Notes: generated by a model from the sequence alone, not told the origin. 64,000 nt of DNA from Bispira polyomma (GCA_965649765.1 OZ287757.1:30256001-30320000), one strand, 5' to 3'. Counted from the first letter of the stretch, positions 12,511 through 27,500 are shown. Translations and numbers: made by a program.

Positions 12511-14400
12511 CTGTACATCAAAATAGATAAGAGTATCAATCTGTATTGTATTGAAATTTATGTATGAAGCTTTATCTGGTAATTTAAGGTGCTAAATATA
12601 ATACAACATATTGTAATATGAAATTGGAAAAGCAATACATATTGGATGCATCATATTACATGAAATCTATAAATAATGATTAAATATTGCTCACTTCTTG
12701 GTATTCTTGTAATAAAATATGAAAACATACAAGATATTTGTCAGCAACGGATTTAGAAATAAAGCTATGCCTGAGCCAGTGTTCACTAACACACTTAGCT
12801 AAGTCTTAGGCTTAATTCTTTTATATTTTAGTGCTAGATTTAAGTCTATGACTTGGTTAAGTCCCTTAGTGAATACATGCTCAGCAGTCTACACTAAACG
12901 CATTTCAAATCAAAATACACACAACAACCTGTATTGTAAAGCTGCGAGACGGCAGTGTTTAATTGCATTGATTAATCTGTCGATTATTTGCCTTGAACCA
13001 TAAAAATAAACAAAACTTCTACAATGGTACAAATGACCTACCAAACACACTTACTGTAGCGTTCTTTGGTATATTTTTATATATATATATTTATACTTTT
13101 GTATTATAGAATAACCCCTTGTAGGTAAAATCTATTTTATTGCATATATGACTCTGGGAAAAAAAAGTTATTTACATGTTTCTAGAATAAATCAAATTAA
13201 TCTATACTAAGTTCCATTATCAGAATCCATGTACACTGCACTTGATGATCCTTACACTTTCACTCTCCCAAATTGACATTTCCCTGTTTTATTATCATAC
13301 TCTTCTATTTTCCTAAAGTTTTACTACTACATTTCACAGGTTATGCAAAATTGTGCAAGAAGACATTGTTAGCAGAGCAGACTTCCTTTGTTTTAAACAA
13401 TTATACCTGAGGCTGTTGGCCCAAAATAGTCTGTGGGGTGTGTTTTATTGACTTTTGCTATCTGTAACCTATTACCGAAGAATGGAAGTTTTCTCCTGGG
13501 ATCGAAAGGGTTATTCTGTACACTATGCAAAAGTGGAGAAACGTACCACTTCAAGTTTAAACTTTAAAGCAAGTTGAAATGGTAACTCAACAACCATAAA
13601 GGTACTGATCACTAATACACCAAATATAAAATGCCTTGTTGGTAGTTTTTAAACAATAAGTTTCCTACTTCTAGTTAGATTTTGCTATCAAACAAGCATC
13701 CGTATGTACTTTCACTAAATTCTGTGCAGTGATGTCCAGAGGTTTCGCTGTTTTTTTCGATTTGCTGTATAGTTATTTTGCTGTTAAAGTTAGGGGTTGC
13801 ACTTGTATACTTAAAATTGTAAAAAATACAAGTTTTTTGAGTCATTGATTAAATGCTTATATCTCAGTCAATAGGTGGTGCTGATTTTCATATTATATAT
13901 TCATACAGCCAGAAAAAATATGCTTTCTGAAACTTTTTACACAATAAAAATATGTTATATATTAGCTGAATAAATTTAAGTTGGAAGGAGTTAATGAATT
14001 TAATAGCAAACCCACCAAAACCGCAGCGAAAATGTCATAAGCGAAACGTCCCATAATCTGTGTGTGTAGTGCATGAGGAATCTGTCACGCACATTTTTGG
14101 CGTCCAGGCAACACTCCACAAAGAAATATATAGTAAGGAGCTATAATTCAGATGCACTTGTAATTAGTACTTGTATATAGTGTTCGTGTAGAGCGTTAGG
14201 ATGCATAGAAACATAATGTATTTTAATTGGAAATTTTAGATTGAAAAAATATAAATAAACTTGAAATTTTTTAGATAAAAAAAAAACTAAACTTGCAATT
14301 TTTAAGATTTACTTAATTATTCACAATTAATATCCACTATAAGCCAAATTTTTAGTTTTTAAACATTAATAAAAGCATAAATCTTCACTCTTCCACTTAC

Positions 14401-14898
14401 CTTTGAAAATATCCTAAACGTCTGAATCTGGTACTTCTTCTCTTCCAAGGTAAAATCTATACTTTTAGCAATCGTTTCTACGGTTTGTGTTATTCTCTTA
14501 ATCATCAAATCTTTCCGACCCAACAGCCTCCTTAGTGGCTTGCACTCATTCTGTAACCATGGTCTGAATGCCTTTTTGATTTCGGCTTCGTGATTAGCAT
14601 TAATCTTAATGTCAAATTTTCTCTCCTCCACTGGATCTTTGCCTAATAAGGCCAGTGGTTTTAATTTCTGCTGCTTTGGTACATGATGTACATCCCTCTT
14701 TTCAATGACATGGACTTTGTGAGGTATGTTCTTATTTTCCTCGGACTCTAGGACTTGTAACGATGCACTGTTGTTGTGTTGAGGGAGCAAAAACAAGAGT
14801 AATGTCACCAAGAGGAACCCTGACACAAACATCATGCTTACACAGTGTCTTCTCAGCACACAAAATAACCTTGTCCTGTTTTCAAACAGCACAACCAT
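14401..14898 (-). CDS. TMCO3: TMCO3 coding exon 1 (ATG, N-terminal hydrophobic segment)
   Basis: ORF MVVLF...RIFSK ends at donor AAG|GTAAGT (14400); 498 nt, phase 0. An acceptor-like tract near 14950 implies an upstream non-coding exon. Confidence 0.85.
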
Positions 14899-15124
14899 GT
14901 TCCTGTTGACTAATCATGCTGACTCTTTTTTGTTATACCTGGCTGAAAACTGTAAAAAAAAAAGATTTGTAAATAAAATATTTGTAGCAGATCACAAATA
15001 AAAAATATTATTAACAATCCTTTTGAAAGGTACCTTTTAAAACTCAGAGGTGATCGCCTACCTCCTAGGGCGATTGGGTGAAATCGTCTAAAATCGCCTA
15101 ATGTACAACACATGCAAAAAAGCA

Positions 15125-15276
15125 GTGCATGCTAGTTAGTCAAGATTCTGCACTGTAAACCACCTGCATCGGCAAGTAACTGCAAACTTTTTCACAGAAA
15201 GCTGCAACCGAGATTCGAACCCACAAACTTAGAGGAGAGATGCCAGTGTGTTAACCACTATACCACCAAACCCCCT
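15125..15276 (-). mobile_element. Diverged SINE related to family A (another at about 37085-37320)
   Basis: GATTCGAACCC B-box complement and shared CAAGATTCTGCACT core. Confidence 0.65.
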
Positions 15277-16096
15277 AGCTTTTTTAAAAAGTTAAGATAC
15301 ATATTTCAAATTTGTTTGCATGATACACACTAAATTTTAACTTGTACGTGAATTAAAGTTGTAAAATTAAATAAATTTGTACACTATTAAAATAAATTCA
15401 ATGAAATTTAAATCTTTCAGCCGGTTATTAACATAACTTATAATTACATAATATGCATTTCAATAGCAATGTAATGTGTATTTGTTTGATAAAGCAGCTG
15501 TAATTATGTAATATTTAAATTCCCTTACTCTAAAATGTTACCTTATTTTTTAAAATCGAGGAAGAAATAACAATTTAATTACTAAAAAAATCTTTAACAT
15601 TTATTCTTGATGGTGTCAAAACTAGAGCTGGGACGATCCTCGCCAAAGATCAAAAGTTTGCTCGGGTTAGCTTTTGAAAACCAGGTTCGGTCCGATTCGG
15701 TCAAATTTACATGTTCGGCAATTTTTTAAATTGATTAAAATATTCTGTTATTAGCGTAATTTGGTTGTTTATACAAAGAAAAACAATAGCTAGCTATAAT
15801 TTAAATGAATTCAGTCTTTGTGGTCACTAGTCACTGATATGTCCCAAGTTCTTGACAAATAGAGAAGTTGTAAATGTCTGATGTTTTGGTGTATGTTGTG
15901 CAAAATTAAAAGTATATAAATCGTTTTTCGGTGAATTATGATGAAATATATTATTATTAAGCCAATTGTAGGGTTTTTAAAACTTTTTAGGATATTTTAG
16001 TTCACTATGGATTTTACATAAATGTTTGATCACAAACTGAAGTTTGTTCGTTTGGAACAGACTGAACACCGAATTAGCCTTTTGCAACAGCTACTG

Positions 16097-16334
16097 CTAC
16101 CCTGCGCATTATGGGCATAATTAAGGGCACAATATGGGCATAGACCAACATTTTTTAATAATAACTGTTATTTTAACAGAAAGTTGTGAGTACCCTACAG
16201 CCTATTATTATAACTATATTTTACAAATTAAATTGTTTGTCAATGCAGAAATTTATCAAGAAAAATACACACAATCAACCATTATTATGGATATATGCCC
16301 ATATTACGCCCTATGTCCATAATGTGCAGGGTAG
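16097..16334. mobile_element. MITE
   Basis: 23-bp TIR CTACCCTGC(G/A)CATTATGG(G/A)CATA. Confidence 0.65.
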
Positions 16335-17019
16335 TATGCCAAGTAATCAAATACAAATATACGATCACCCCTAGCTGACTCGAACCGGCGAAGGTGTTTA
16401 AACGGCCCTCAACAGTAACTATATTATTACCGGTAATCAGTCTTGATATCAGACTAGTGCTGAGAGAATATGTGAGCGATAATAGCAGAAATAAAACAAA
16501 TAACCAAAATTAAACAAAATATGGAACAATATCAACATTAAAGATAGAGTACAATATTATACATACAAAGCACATATGCAAATAAAACGCAAATATATTC
16601 CATACCACTAAAGTGCATAAGAACACAACTGTCAAACTTTTGTTTACGTCATATTGTGTAGCCACTAAACACAAAATTGAAAAAACCAGGATATTCGGTT
16701 GGCAACTTATAAAACCGGGCAAATGTAATCAGATTTTAGGTGGGCCTAGATGTTAGTCCCAGATACAATCTCTTAGAGATACAGTCACTACTAAACTGAT
16801 GTGGCGTGAATTTTATGTTGGTGAGGTGTGTGGATTAATTAGGCGTTGACGTAAGTTTACATGTGATATGTAATATCTAGTATAGAACAGTATTTAAGTT
16901 TTTTATTTATAAAATTAAAATTTATTCAGTATTGACACATATATATTGATACAATTTAAAATATGTGTCCAAGCTACGCCAACATTATCCAATAGTTGGA
17001 AAAGAATACATAAAGAATA

Positions 17020-18760
17020 CATGTTGATGAAGTCAGGAAAATTATACTGGCATCACCCGTAAAATCTTGCTTGCTACATCCGTGGCCCACATTCCTTGTC
17101 AAAGAATGTATTGACATTTTATTGCCCTCAATCACAAAACGTATCAACCTCTCGTTGATAAATGGCGTCTTTCCAGATGATTTTAAAAAGGCTATTGTCA
17201 CTCCTTCAATAAAAAAAACCTTCTCTTCCAAAGGCTGACTTGAAAAATTACCGTCCTGTCTCAGGCCTTTGCTATATCTCTAAGTTGGTAGAACGCGCGG
17301 TTGCCTTACAGATCAAACAACATGTTGACGTCAGCAATCTGTCCAATAAGTATCAGTCAGCGTACAAAAGTGATCATTCTACTGAGACTGCACTTCTCTG
17401 CATCAAAAATGATGTTCATACATCTTTATCCAAAGGTATGCCTACTGCCTTAGTACTGCTGGATTTGTCAGCAGCCTTTGATACTATTGATCACAAAGTT
17501 CTTCTTGAGTGCCTATCATCCTGGTTCGGTATCAGCGGTATGGCGCTTAAGTGGTTCACGGCATATTTATCTGACAGATTCCAATCAGTCAAAATTGGCA
17601 ATATCTTATCTGACCCAACATGGTTAAAATTTGGTGTTCCCCAAGGTTCCGTCCTGGGTCCCATTTTGTTTTCCATGTACACCACTCCACTCAGCAAGAT
17701 TATTGCTGCATACAAAAACATAAACTTTCACTTCTATGCTGATGATACCCAACTGTACATCCACCTTACACCTGACTCTGCCCAGGTAGCTTTCACTTCC
17801 TTACAGAACTGCCTTGTTGATGTACAACACTGGATGGCAGCAAATAAACTCAAGCTGAACCCTGAGAAGACTGAGTTTATTTTGTTTGGCTCCAAGTCGC
17901 AACGGGAAAAATTGTCCAGCTGTTTTCCACTTGACATTCTTGGCAGCAGGTTTTTTCCAGCTGACAAAGTACGAAACCTGGGTGTGGTGTTCGACTCTGA
18001 ATTTTCCTTCTCGAACCATGTCGCATCGGTGTGTAGATCATGTTTTGTTGGCCTCCGTGATTTCAGGCGGATTCGACGCTATCTTTCAAAATCCACTGCA
18101 ATCACTGTTGCCAATGCTTTGGTCAGCAGCAGGCTTGATTACTGCAACTCTCTGTTCCGTTCCTTATCTCGTAGTGATCTCAGACGCCTTCAGAATATCC
18201 AACACTCCTTGGCACGTATTGTGACCAAAACATCTAAATTTTCCCACATTACTCCTGTACTGAAGTCACTGCACTGGCTCCCAATAAAATATCGTGTTGC
18301 TTTTAAAACAGCAACAATAATATATAAATTTCTAAATTCTGGATTACCCACTTATTTTAGCCCCCATCTATCCAAATATACATGCTCAGTCAGGACTAGG
18401 CGCAGTAACCCTGATAAATTATACCTTAACATTCCCACTTTCGACCCTCGCATCCACAAATCCAAAGTTCAGTTCAATCACTGCCTAGCTCATGATGGCC
18501 CCCTCATTTGGAACAGCCTACCTGATCATGTTCGCCTGGCTCAAACTTTCTCCTCTTTCAGGAGTAAGCTGAAGGCCTATCTTTTTGAACAGACTTTTCC
18601 ACCTTAGCCGTCACAACCATCTACGGTAGTCTCCCTGGTTACGACTTCCATCCGCCCACTATTTTTGATTTGCGATTAACGTTTTGGGTTTGTTGCACCT
18701 TAGAATTTGTTGTACAAAGATTAAGCGCTATAAAAGTACGACTAGATTAGATTAGATTAT
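17020..18760 (+). mobile_element. 5'-truncated L2/Crack-clade LINE (reverse transcriptase)
   Basis: 455-aa ORF with QSAY..HSTETAL, DLSAAFDTIDH, GVPQGSVLGP, YADDTQLY, SRLDYCN, LHWLP; 3' tail (TAGAT)n near 18743-18760. Confidence 0.95.
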
Positions 18761-20854
18761 GAACGAATCTTGTTAGTTTAACTGATGCCAATTAACTTAG
18801 AATTATTCAAATGACATAGATAAATAAAATCCCAACTAATGCCAGCCCTTGTGCCTCAATACTCACACCCACCCATGGACAAACTTCGCCACCTGTACAA
18901 CACTTCCATTTAAATATACTAGGCCACTTGTAGCATAGCCATTTGAAAAAAATACTACTCTATTTAACGCTACCGCCACTCAGACTCTGCCTTATTAATC
19001 ATTCAAATCATACCTTTTTTATCAAGCATTTAGAAGAGTATAGCTATGCAAACAACAATAATTTTTATATGTAAGATCTTAATAAATGCACTAACACACC
19101 GATGTTACATTAGTTTTACTCTACATATATTTTCTTACAAATAATCATCTATTTATAATTCTGCCATTTGATAATTAAACACATCTGTATACTTATCAAG
19201 ATTACTATTATTATGTTAACTATTGTTTTAACATTGTAAAAACTTTCAAAAAGTCAAAAGTTCTGATCAGTGTTCTTAACCTAGAAATTGTTTCTGAAGT
19301 TTCCACGAAAAAATGTGCAATGTCCATATTGATGTCAACTTTCATTTGTTTTTAAAGTTAAATATTCTACAAATATGTATTCTTCTGTTCTAAATATGTT
19401 TGTTTATTTATTTTTTTTTTCTTCAGTTCTAAATGAGATAATCAAAATCACAGAAATTAAAATAATGACATTTAAGGATGCCATGTTTCATCAATTTATA
19501 GACTTGAACCACCTTCTCGCTTATTCTGCAACACAAAGTTCAATGGAAACGGAAGGAAATGATAACACATAAGTGTAAAACATATATATATAAACAACAT
19601 ATAAAGTCTGTCATTGTGTTTGACTGTCTTGTTTATTAATATATACAGTGTATTCAAGTTATGAAAAAAAATAGAAAATCTTGTATTTCTTTGGAAAAAA
19701 AATGTGGATAACGTATAATCGCCCATATAGAAGAGTTGTTAAGAATTTATCAAGAATTTGGAAATATTAGTCGAATGACAAATTGTACCACTGACCAACT
19801 TTTACTTTGTTTGTCAAAAAAATGTTGTTGGATTTGTTTCACCAATTGTTAGTCATTCAGTGAAAACTGTTTGTTTGGTATTTCAATTTTACAAATGTGT
19901 TCACCTTATAATGGTAGAGGACATAGTTTCTGCATTTTAAAAACAATAGTACACTAACTGATTTACTTTTGTGGTAATTTTTATGATGAGTCAATAATAA
20001 TCATTGAATCTGTTGCAACTTAATATTGATCCTCAGTGTGAAACAAGTTCAAGTTTGTTAGAAGTTTGACAATGTATGATTCCAGTCAGGTGACAATTTT
20101 TTAAGGTTATATTTTGATTTGTCAATGTTTAATTTGTCAGTGTTTAATTTTTATGTCAACTGATGAAGTTGGTGCCATAATGCTATGGATCTGTGTATCT
20201 GCAAATATTTTACTAATGTTTTTCAGAACTATGGAAAACTAAGCTAGTCTGAAATTGTGCATACATATACCTTATATATTGATTAAGATAATGCTTTTAC
20301 GTTCAGTTTTTGAGTAACAAACTTTGATAATATCAAAAATTTTACTTGTATTCTTTCAATGTCAAATATCTAATTAACTATTGAGTTTTTAAAAAGCATT
20401 TGTAGTTCCTACTTCTCATCATTTGAAGTGTGGTATCAATATCCAGTTTCAGTTTCATCAATTATATTTGGGAACAATTTTTGGACTAAAGCGTGACAGG
20501 TGTTTGACCAGTTTTAAGTCATCCAAAAATCATTTCAATGACAAAAAGATGACAAATTTGTGACTAATTTTTAATAATTCGTCGAAAATGGTGCCTAAAA
20601 CAACAAGTTTTATAAATGACAATTTAGGAATTGTTAAAAGTTTATCAATTATTCATTAATAATTCGCCATATATTTCTCTCTGTTGACAATTTGAGTTAC
20701 AAGCTTTTGACAAATTTTTGACAAGAAACAATTAGTTGTTTTAGGCACCATGTGAGACAAAAAAAATTTGGCATATATTATTCAAAATAAGTTTCAGTTC
20801 AATGAATATTTTCTATAGGTCCAAAATTGATGTCCAGGCATCCTCTAAGACTTT

Positions 20855-22860
20855 GTAATAATTGAAGCATTTATAGAGCGTTAAATTGATGAGAACATCC
20901 TCTAAGGCACTGATGTCCAAAAATAGAAGGTCTATAAGGGCAAGCAAAAGCTCATTACCAAAAACCATCCACCAGGTAAGAGACTAAGGACAACGAAGGC
21001 TAGGCTTAAGAGGTCAGTTTTAAGATGGCTTCTCAAAAAAGTGATTGTGATCTGATGAACTGTAGAAGCTTGTTCCATTCAACCAGAGTCATGCCAACAA
21101 AGCAGCATCCGCTGATTTACCTATTTGGTCGGGTTGAGGAAACAGAGAGGCAGTTTCCCAGGATAAGGCTACTGAGGACAAATAAGGAGGTCGGTTGAGT
21201 TTGATAACTTTGAACACCTAAAGGTTGTATTTAAAAAGAATGCACTGATCTCCTATAGTACTGAATACCGTTTTGCCTCTCTGATATGTTTGGGTCAAAG
21301 TTTGCTGAATCTGGTGTTAAGTATAACTGTGTTTCATCAGCATGCAGGTGATGAGTGATGTTAAACTGAGAGCTTATATTGTTGAGGGAAGTGGTGTACA
21401 TGTTGTAGAGGAGAGGCCCCAATACAAAACCCTGGATAACACCACCACCAGGGAGTGAGAAAGCTTCAGAGAATTTATCACTATTGTTGTTTGCTTTCTA
21501 CAATGTAAATAGGAATGGATCCAACTAAAGACATGGCCATTAATGGCAAACCAATCAGTCACACATTTAAAGAGGATAGTATGATCTGATATTATCAAAG
21601 CAGCAGACAGGTCCAACAGTGTGAGTGCTACCTATCTGCCAGTGTCAACAGAAGCAGACATATCATTTTGAATCTTAAACAGGGCTGTCTAAGTTATTAT
21701 TATTATACAACATTTATATAGTGCTTTGTATATATTACTCTAAAGCGCTTCCCCATGGGCAGCCACTATGGGCACTGAGGTGCTTGAGGATGACCATTTA
21801 TCAACGTCCCCAAGGATCTGTAATCTGCCACTAGAGATATTACTCAGTGACATAGGACCGCCATTTTAAGTGGTCATCTGAGCCACTAGGCAAACTTGTG
21901 TTCACATCTTGCCTAAGGATGTTATCCCTCTAAATGAAACTAGCAGTCGGGACCGGGGACAAAGTTTCTGACCTTCTGAACTACTAGACCACAGGGGATC
22001 ACACTCTAGGTTGAATAAAAGCATCTGTGTGCTGATAATTTGTATTGTTGTGGTGCCTTCGTGCCTTCTTCCTAACGAGTTTGGAGACGGGGTTTTTGAG
22101 AAGTGGAGAAACATTGGCAGTTTTAAAACAAAATGGAAAAAATGCCTGTCTGGAGAGGAAAATTGACAATACTAGTAATAAGTGTGATAAGGATGTCAAT
22201 ATATTCCTTGACCAAAGATGTTGGAATTGGATCACAGGACTAAATATTTGGGGAGGATTGTATAAGTTTGGGGACTTCTTCATCGGACATAATCGAAAAG
22301 GAGGTAAAAGTGTTGAGTATAGTAGGTGTGTGTGGTGAGATCGCTGGTGAGATCTCTGGTGAGTTTAGTAGATTATATTGGCCAAGTATGACACTGTTTT
22401 ACAATCACGTAGTATAACTTTAGAGAATATTGGTGTAATGGCTATGTTTGGAAAGTTCAAGCATACAATTGTAGTGATTTACCTCAATGGAGTAAGTGCT
22501 CCTATTTATATTTATGCTCGACATATTTTGACGCAAGGTGCATTCCAGTTTGCACTTGAGGCGTTTGGCAGCTAGAATTTCCTTGTTGATGAAACCAGTG
22601 TCTGGGTGTTGAGGAATTTTTCTTTTGTTGGCTCGTGCGTGCTTGTCAAATTGGTATCAGTGTGGGCACTTGAGGCAATGAGGTCAGAGTTTAAAATCCA
22701 TTTATTTTGTTTAGCTTACGAATTTTGATATGTCTGTACTTACATGTGACTCTGACAGGAAAATCAACAGTTAAAACTATTGCAAAGTGATCTGATAGAC
22801 CACTGATGACATCAGGATTGATTGCACAAGAGAATGACTTTCTAACATTTCCATTTAGGT
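20855..22860 (-). mobile_element. Degraded L2-clade LINE, interrupted by a SINE
   Basis: Broken frames with DLSAA..DH, LGPLL, HADETQLY, FP..FKTA.V.PLLK; 3' tail similar to that of the 17-18.7 kb element. Confidence 0.8.
21692..22000 (-). mobile_element. tRNA-derived SINE (CORE-like central motif) inside the L2
   Basis: (TAT)n tail and A-box-like head; ATCCTTAGGCAAGATGTGAACA is shared with a plus-strand copy at about 60285-60440. Confidence 0.55.
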
Positions 22861-22959
22861 GGATTCCAAGGCGTTAAGTATAATCATATTCAAATCTCAC
22901 GACGTCCTTTTCCGGAAGGTGGTTGTATCCAAAAACACCAGAATAAATATGTAACTAAT

Positions 22960-23526
22960 GTCCTGGTCACACCTGCACATTCTAAAGCTACGTTTGTGTC
23001 ACGTGGTGTGAATTCTGGAAACATTTTGAAACATAGTAGAAAGTGTGGATCCCTGGTGCGTTCGTTCCGTGACGTTGATTAACGGATAGTATCATTCTGG
23101 AAATGTCTCCGTTTTGTCTGCTGTGACGATTGTTTCAAACTGTTTCAAACAATTGTGTCACAGCTCCTGTTATTCCCCGTTTCTCCGTTCGTCTTGCAAC
23201 GTTTCCGAAAGTAGCATAGGCGTATCAGTAAGTAGCTCTACGTAGTAGTAGGTAGTGAGGAAGTAGCAGAACGAAACAGAACGCACCAGTAAGTACAAGT
23301 CAGTAGCTCTACGTAGTAGTAGGTAGTCATATCCTACTAGTAGAGGTTCTGTTTTTTGACCCCGCTGTGTGTAAAAGTACGAACATCGTCACAAATCGTC
23401 TTCAAAATGTTACAATGGACTCCCCCTTTGTAAAAATGACGTCACTTTGAAATGAAGCTAGCACGTTTCAGTTTATATTACTTTGTTACATTGGTAGACG
23501 TTAGCACGTGTAGCTGTGACCAGGCT
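22960..23526. mobile_element. PIF/Harbinger-like MITE
   Basis: About 30-bp imperfect TIRs CCTGGTCACA(C/G)CT(G/A)CAC; TAA flanks; internal 25-bp direct repeat. Confidence 0.65.
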
Positions 23527-26500
23527 TTAAGGAGGGAAAGCCTTGGCAAAGAAGTTCGTATTAAGTACGTCTTAAGTTTCTAAAGGATGACAAGGTAGGA
23601 GTAACACAATTTTTTAAGATCTAAAATAACATGTTGATCACAATGAGGCCTAAGTTCAGCAGAAGCAATATATTATAACAGTAATTATATCCTGAAAAAG
23701 TTGACACAGCTGCAATAGCTTTCCTGTGAGAGTGTTAATCTCTACAAGCAGCGGCTGCAACATAACTGCACGTAAAGCAAACTATCCACAGATGCTGAAT
23801 TTAATAGTTAACAGCAGACTTAAGTAATACAACTCTTTGCTTTTTTGTATCACCTTATTCTTTGATATCTGCATGGATTTCCAATCTTCTAATGATACTT
23901 ATCTTGTCTCAGTTGTCTTTTTGATGTTGTTCTCTTTCTGACATCATTTTGTCAACATAGTCTACAAATTAATGGACTGTTCAAATTTGTGAACTATTTG
24001 GCCTATTTAGACAATATAAATAAAGTTATGGTGTATACTCTTCAGTATGACCTCACCAATAGTCAGATATATTGTCAAAATTTGAGATAACCCTTTATGG
24101 TTTGCCTACAACTAACAGAACACGAGGCAGTTTCCCCGTCTCATTTGACAACATTAGGATTGAAGGCACAAGATAATGACGTTAATGTTTTATACTTCTT
24201 TTGACATCCTTTGTGGCGCACATCAAAATCAGTGCACAAAAGAATAGTTGAATAGGAGAAAAGGTTTGTGATCAGACTTTAGTCATGACCAGCATTCAAA
24301 TGTTAAGGCGGAAAATTGAGTTGATACAGATGTGTTTTGAGCTTTTTCCAGAAGCCTGTAATCCTTGTCTCAGTGCTGCCAGTACATTTCAGTCATTTTG
24401 GAATAAACTAAAGATTCGTCTTCTGATGATACTTTTCTTGCCTTAGTTGTCTTTTTGATGCTGTTCTATTTCTGGTATCAGTTTGTCAATACGGTTTACT
24501 AATTAAAGCACTGTTCAAATTTGTAAACTATTTGGCCTTTTTAGAGAATATGATTAAAGTATAGCGTATTCACAAAATTATTTACTGTGGCCTCACCGAT
24601 GGTCACACATCATCAAAGTTTGAGATGGACCTTCATGGTTTGCCCATAAATAACAGGACACTGGGCAGCTCCAAGTCCTATCTGACAGCTCAGAATGTTT
24701 TGATACTTCTTCCCTTAGTAAATTTCCCTTCATTAAAAAGTCAAAATTTCCATAATAATTTATTGCCTACCATAGAGTGAACAATTATCTAAAGCTTATA
24801 GGACATACAAAATGCAATTATGAATTTTAATTCCTGTGCCATTGTTGTATTGTAATCATACACAGATCAACATACAATTTCACCAAAAAGCAGACATTAA
24901 TTTTATGGACACATTTATAAAATACACAAAACATTATAGGAAACAATGATATACTAAAATTCTGTACTAACAATGTCTGATTTCCTGTTAAATTTAATAT
25001 TTATCTACTACTACTTTTGTAAATTATGAATATTTCAAAGTAAAACCTGGGAAAAAGTCCATGAATGCATTTATGCTTTCATCTTTTCCAAATTCATCAT
25101 GCAAACTGCATTGTAATGTTTATCTGCCGACACAACAACATGTACACAATATTTATGTGCTGATGAATGTTAACTGGAGCACTGATAATATTTACACAGG
25201 GTCACTTACACAAGTATTTGATACTGGATATAACTTTCCTCCTTTTGGAGGACAAGAAAGCGAAACAAAACAAAATAACAGTTACTAATCCATAGTATCT
25301 ACCGGAGTTTAACAAACACTGTTATGCAAATCTAAACGGCTTGGTGGTCATTTGTATTGATTATGAACTTCCTCTGCTACCATAAAGTTCCTGAGATAAG
25401 GGCCAGAGAGGAATTTTAAGGCCAAAATCAGCACTACTTCTAAAATCTAACCGCAGCATATTATAACCTTGCACAAATTAACAACATAAAGATAGTTATC
25501 TTATTGGAATATTAAAATCCTTTGACCCTACAATTCTACAGGTATTGTCTGGACTTGTTCAAAATTTGTCCTCTTTGCCAAAGGTTGAAAACCAATTTTT
25601 TGTTATACTATAATGGTGATAACATAACGATAGATCACAAAATTTCTGCAACTTCAGCATAAACTAGAACAGAGATACCGACTCATTGCAATTGAAGATG
25701 TTTTTGATTTATATCTCAAGTAGGGAATACTCTGGTGCAGCATCAAACTTACCTAACTTATCAGCAATGACAATAGCAAAACAAGTAAGATTTTTGTGAC
25801 CCTTAATCATTCAAGAAAACTTCAAAGAAATTTTGTAAAAAAGTGGATTTCCTGTAATTTAAATCTGAACCTAATAACGTAACGTTATTAGTTTTTGTCA
25901 GCTTGAACTGCAGACAGTTTGCAATTTCAGAAACAATCTATTGTAGATTTAACCTTTTGTAAAAGAAAAACCTTAAACCACTTCTTCAAAGTAAAATTAC
26001 TGTTTTAGATATCTAATTACCGATCCACAAAGATATATCATGACATATTTTCTTTAAATGCGAAAAAATAGTTCAGGACATTTCTTAAAATGTACGTACC
26101 AGACAAGACAATAAGGCTGTACCATACAATAATCATGGACTACAATATTGCGTCTATAGTCTTAAGTTTAGCTAATCATTAGGCAGTGTCACAAGTCACA
26201 ACAGAATTAGAATTGTTTTTTAAAAGCATGATCTTAAGAGTGAACTTTCGGCACAGTCACAACCCTGCTAGAACGTAGACTAGGACTCGGCAAATATAGT
26301 TATTTCTAAAGACACTAATGATGACGGTAAAAGTTAAACTTTTATAATCCATGCAATGTAATGACGTCCTACTAGAAGAACCTACCTTTTATTATGACTT
26401 TCCCTGAAATGTCTGTCTGATACATATACTCATGAGTAGATATATTTATATATATATAGGATTTACACATCATTTTGTGCGGATATGGACAGCTTGAATG

Positions 26501-26579
26501 ATACAAGATACACAATGTAATACACACCACTAAGGATTAGTAGAACCTCTATTATCCGTACAAGTTGGGAGAGAGTTAT

Positions 26580-26838
26580 ATTGATTGATTGATTGATTTG
26601 GATATTTAATGTCCACTCTAGTACCTCTTAGTTAGGTTATATTGGGACGGATAGTTGGAATGCTGGAGGAAAGACTGTATACAGTTGATCAAGGTTCTAC
26701 AGTGAAACCAGCGGCCCACAGTAAGGAACTACGACTTTTCCCACATAGACATTGACGGGAAGCGAACTTGCGACCATTCGATCTCCAGAGGTGAGAGGCC
26801 AGTGATTGTAAAGCGCACTGCTTGCTAATCACTAGGCC
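26580..26838 (-). mobile_element. tRNA-derived SINE family A
   Basis: Same body; (ATCA)n tail; inserted in a MITE. Confidence 0.85.
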
Positions 26839-27029
26839 TAGTTGAGGGAGAGAGCAAGATTCACACACCAGAAGGGGGCCTTTTTATAAAAAGTTAATGT
26901 ACCAAAATCCGGTATATTCCATTTTCTAGTCTAAACTTCACAATTAAGATGCTTTAAACCTGAAAATACCAAAAATTGAAATCTTCAAAATAGCAATGTT
27001 GGTTAATACAAGTACACGTTTTTGGTGAG

Positions 27030-27292
27030 TTTTGAATTTGAATTTGGATATTTAACGTCCACTCTAGTACCTGTTTAGGTTATATGGGGACAGGTAGTTG
27101 GAAACGCTGGAGAAAACACTGCATACAGTTGATCAAGGTTCTGGAATGAAACCAGCGGCCCACATTAAGGAACTACCACCTTTTCCACATAGGCATCAAC
27201 GGGAGTCGAACCTACGCCAGCTGATCCCAGAGGTGAGAGACCAGTGATTGTGAAGCGCAATGCTTGCTAACCACTAGGCCACCGCGGTCCCC
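27030..27292 (-). mobile_element. tRNA-derived SINE family A
   Basis: Full length, A-box TGGCCTAGTGG, B-box GGTTCGACTCC, (TTCAAA)n tail. Confidence 0.9.
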
Positions 27293-27494
27293 TATACAAA
27301 AATGGGAAACGATAACTTTGGAAATTTAGTTTGCTAAATCGTATATACGGATTACAGAAGTTCAGATAATAGAGGTTCAACTGTAAGAGTATAGATCTGG
27401 GGTAAAAGTTCTATGTTTATTAGTAGAAATAAACTGTGTACGTCACAGTTCATGCAGTCTTTTAATAATAATACACAGTATATATAATATATTT

Positions 27495-27500
<6 letters not shown>

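Noticed and set aside
16974-18224. Short ORFs overlapping the RT ORF
   Set aside because: Alternate-frame or antisense shadows of the L2 element.
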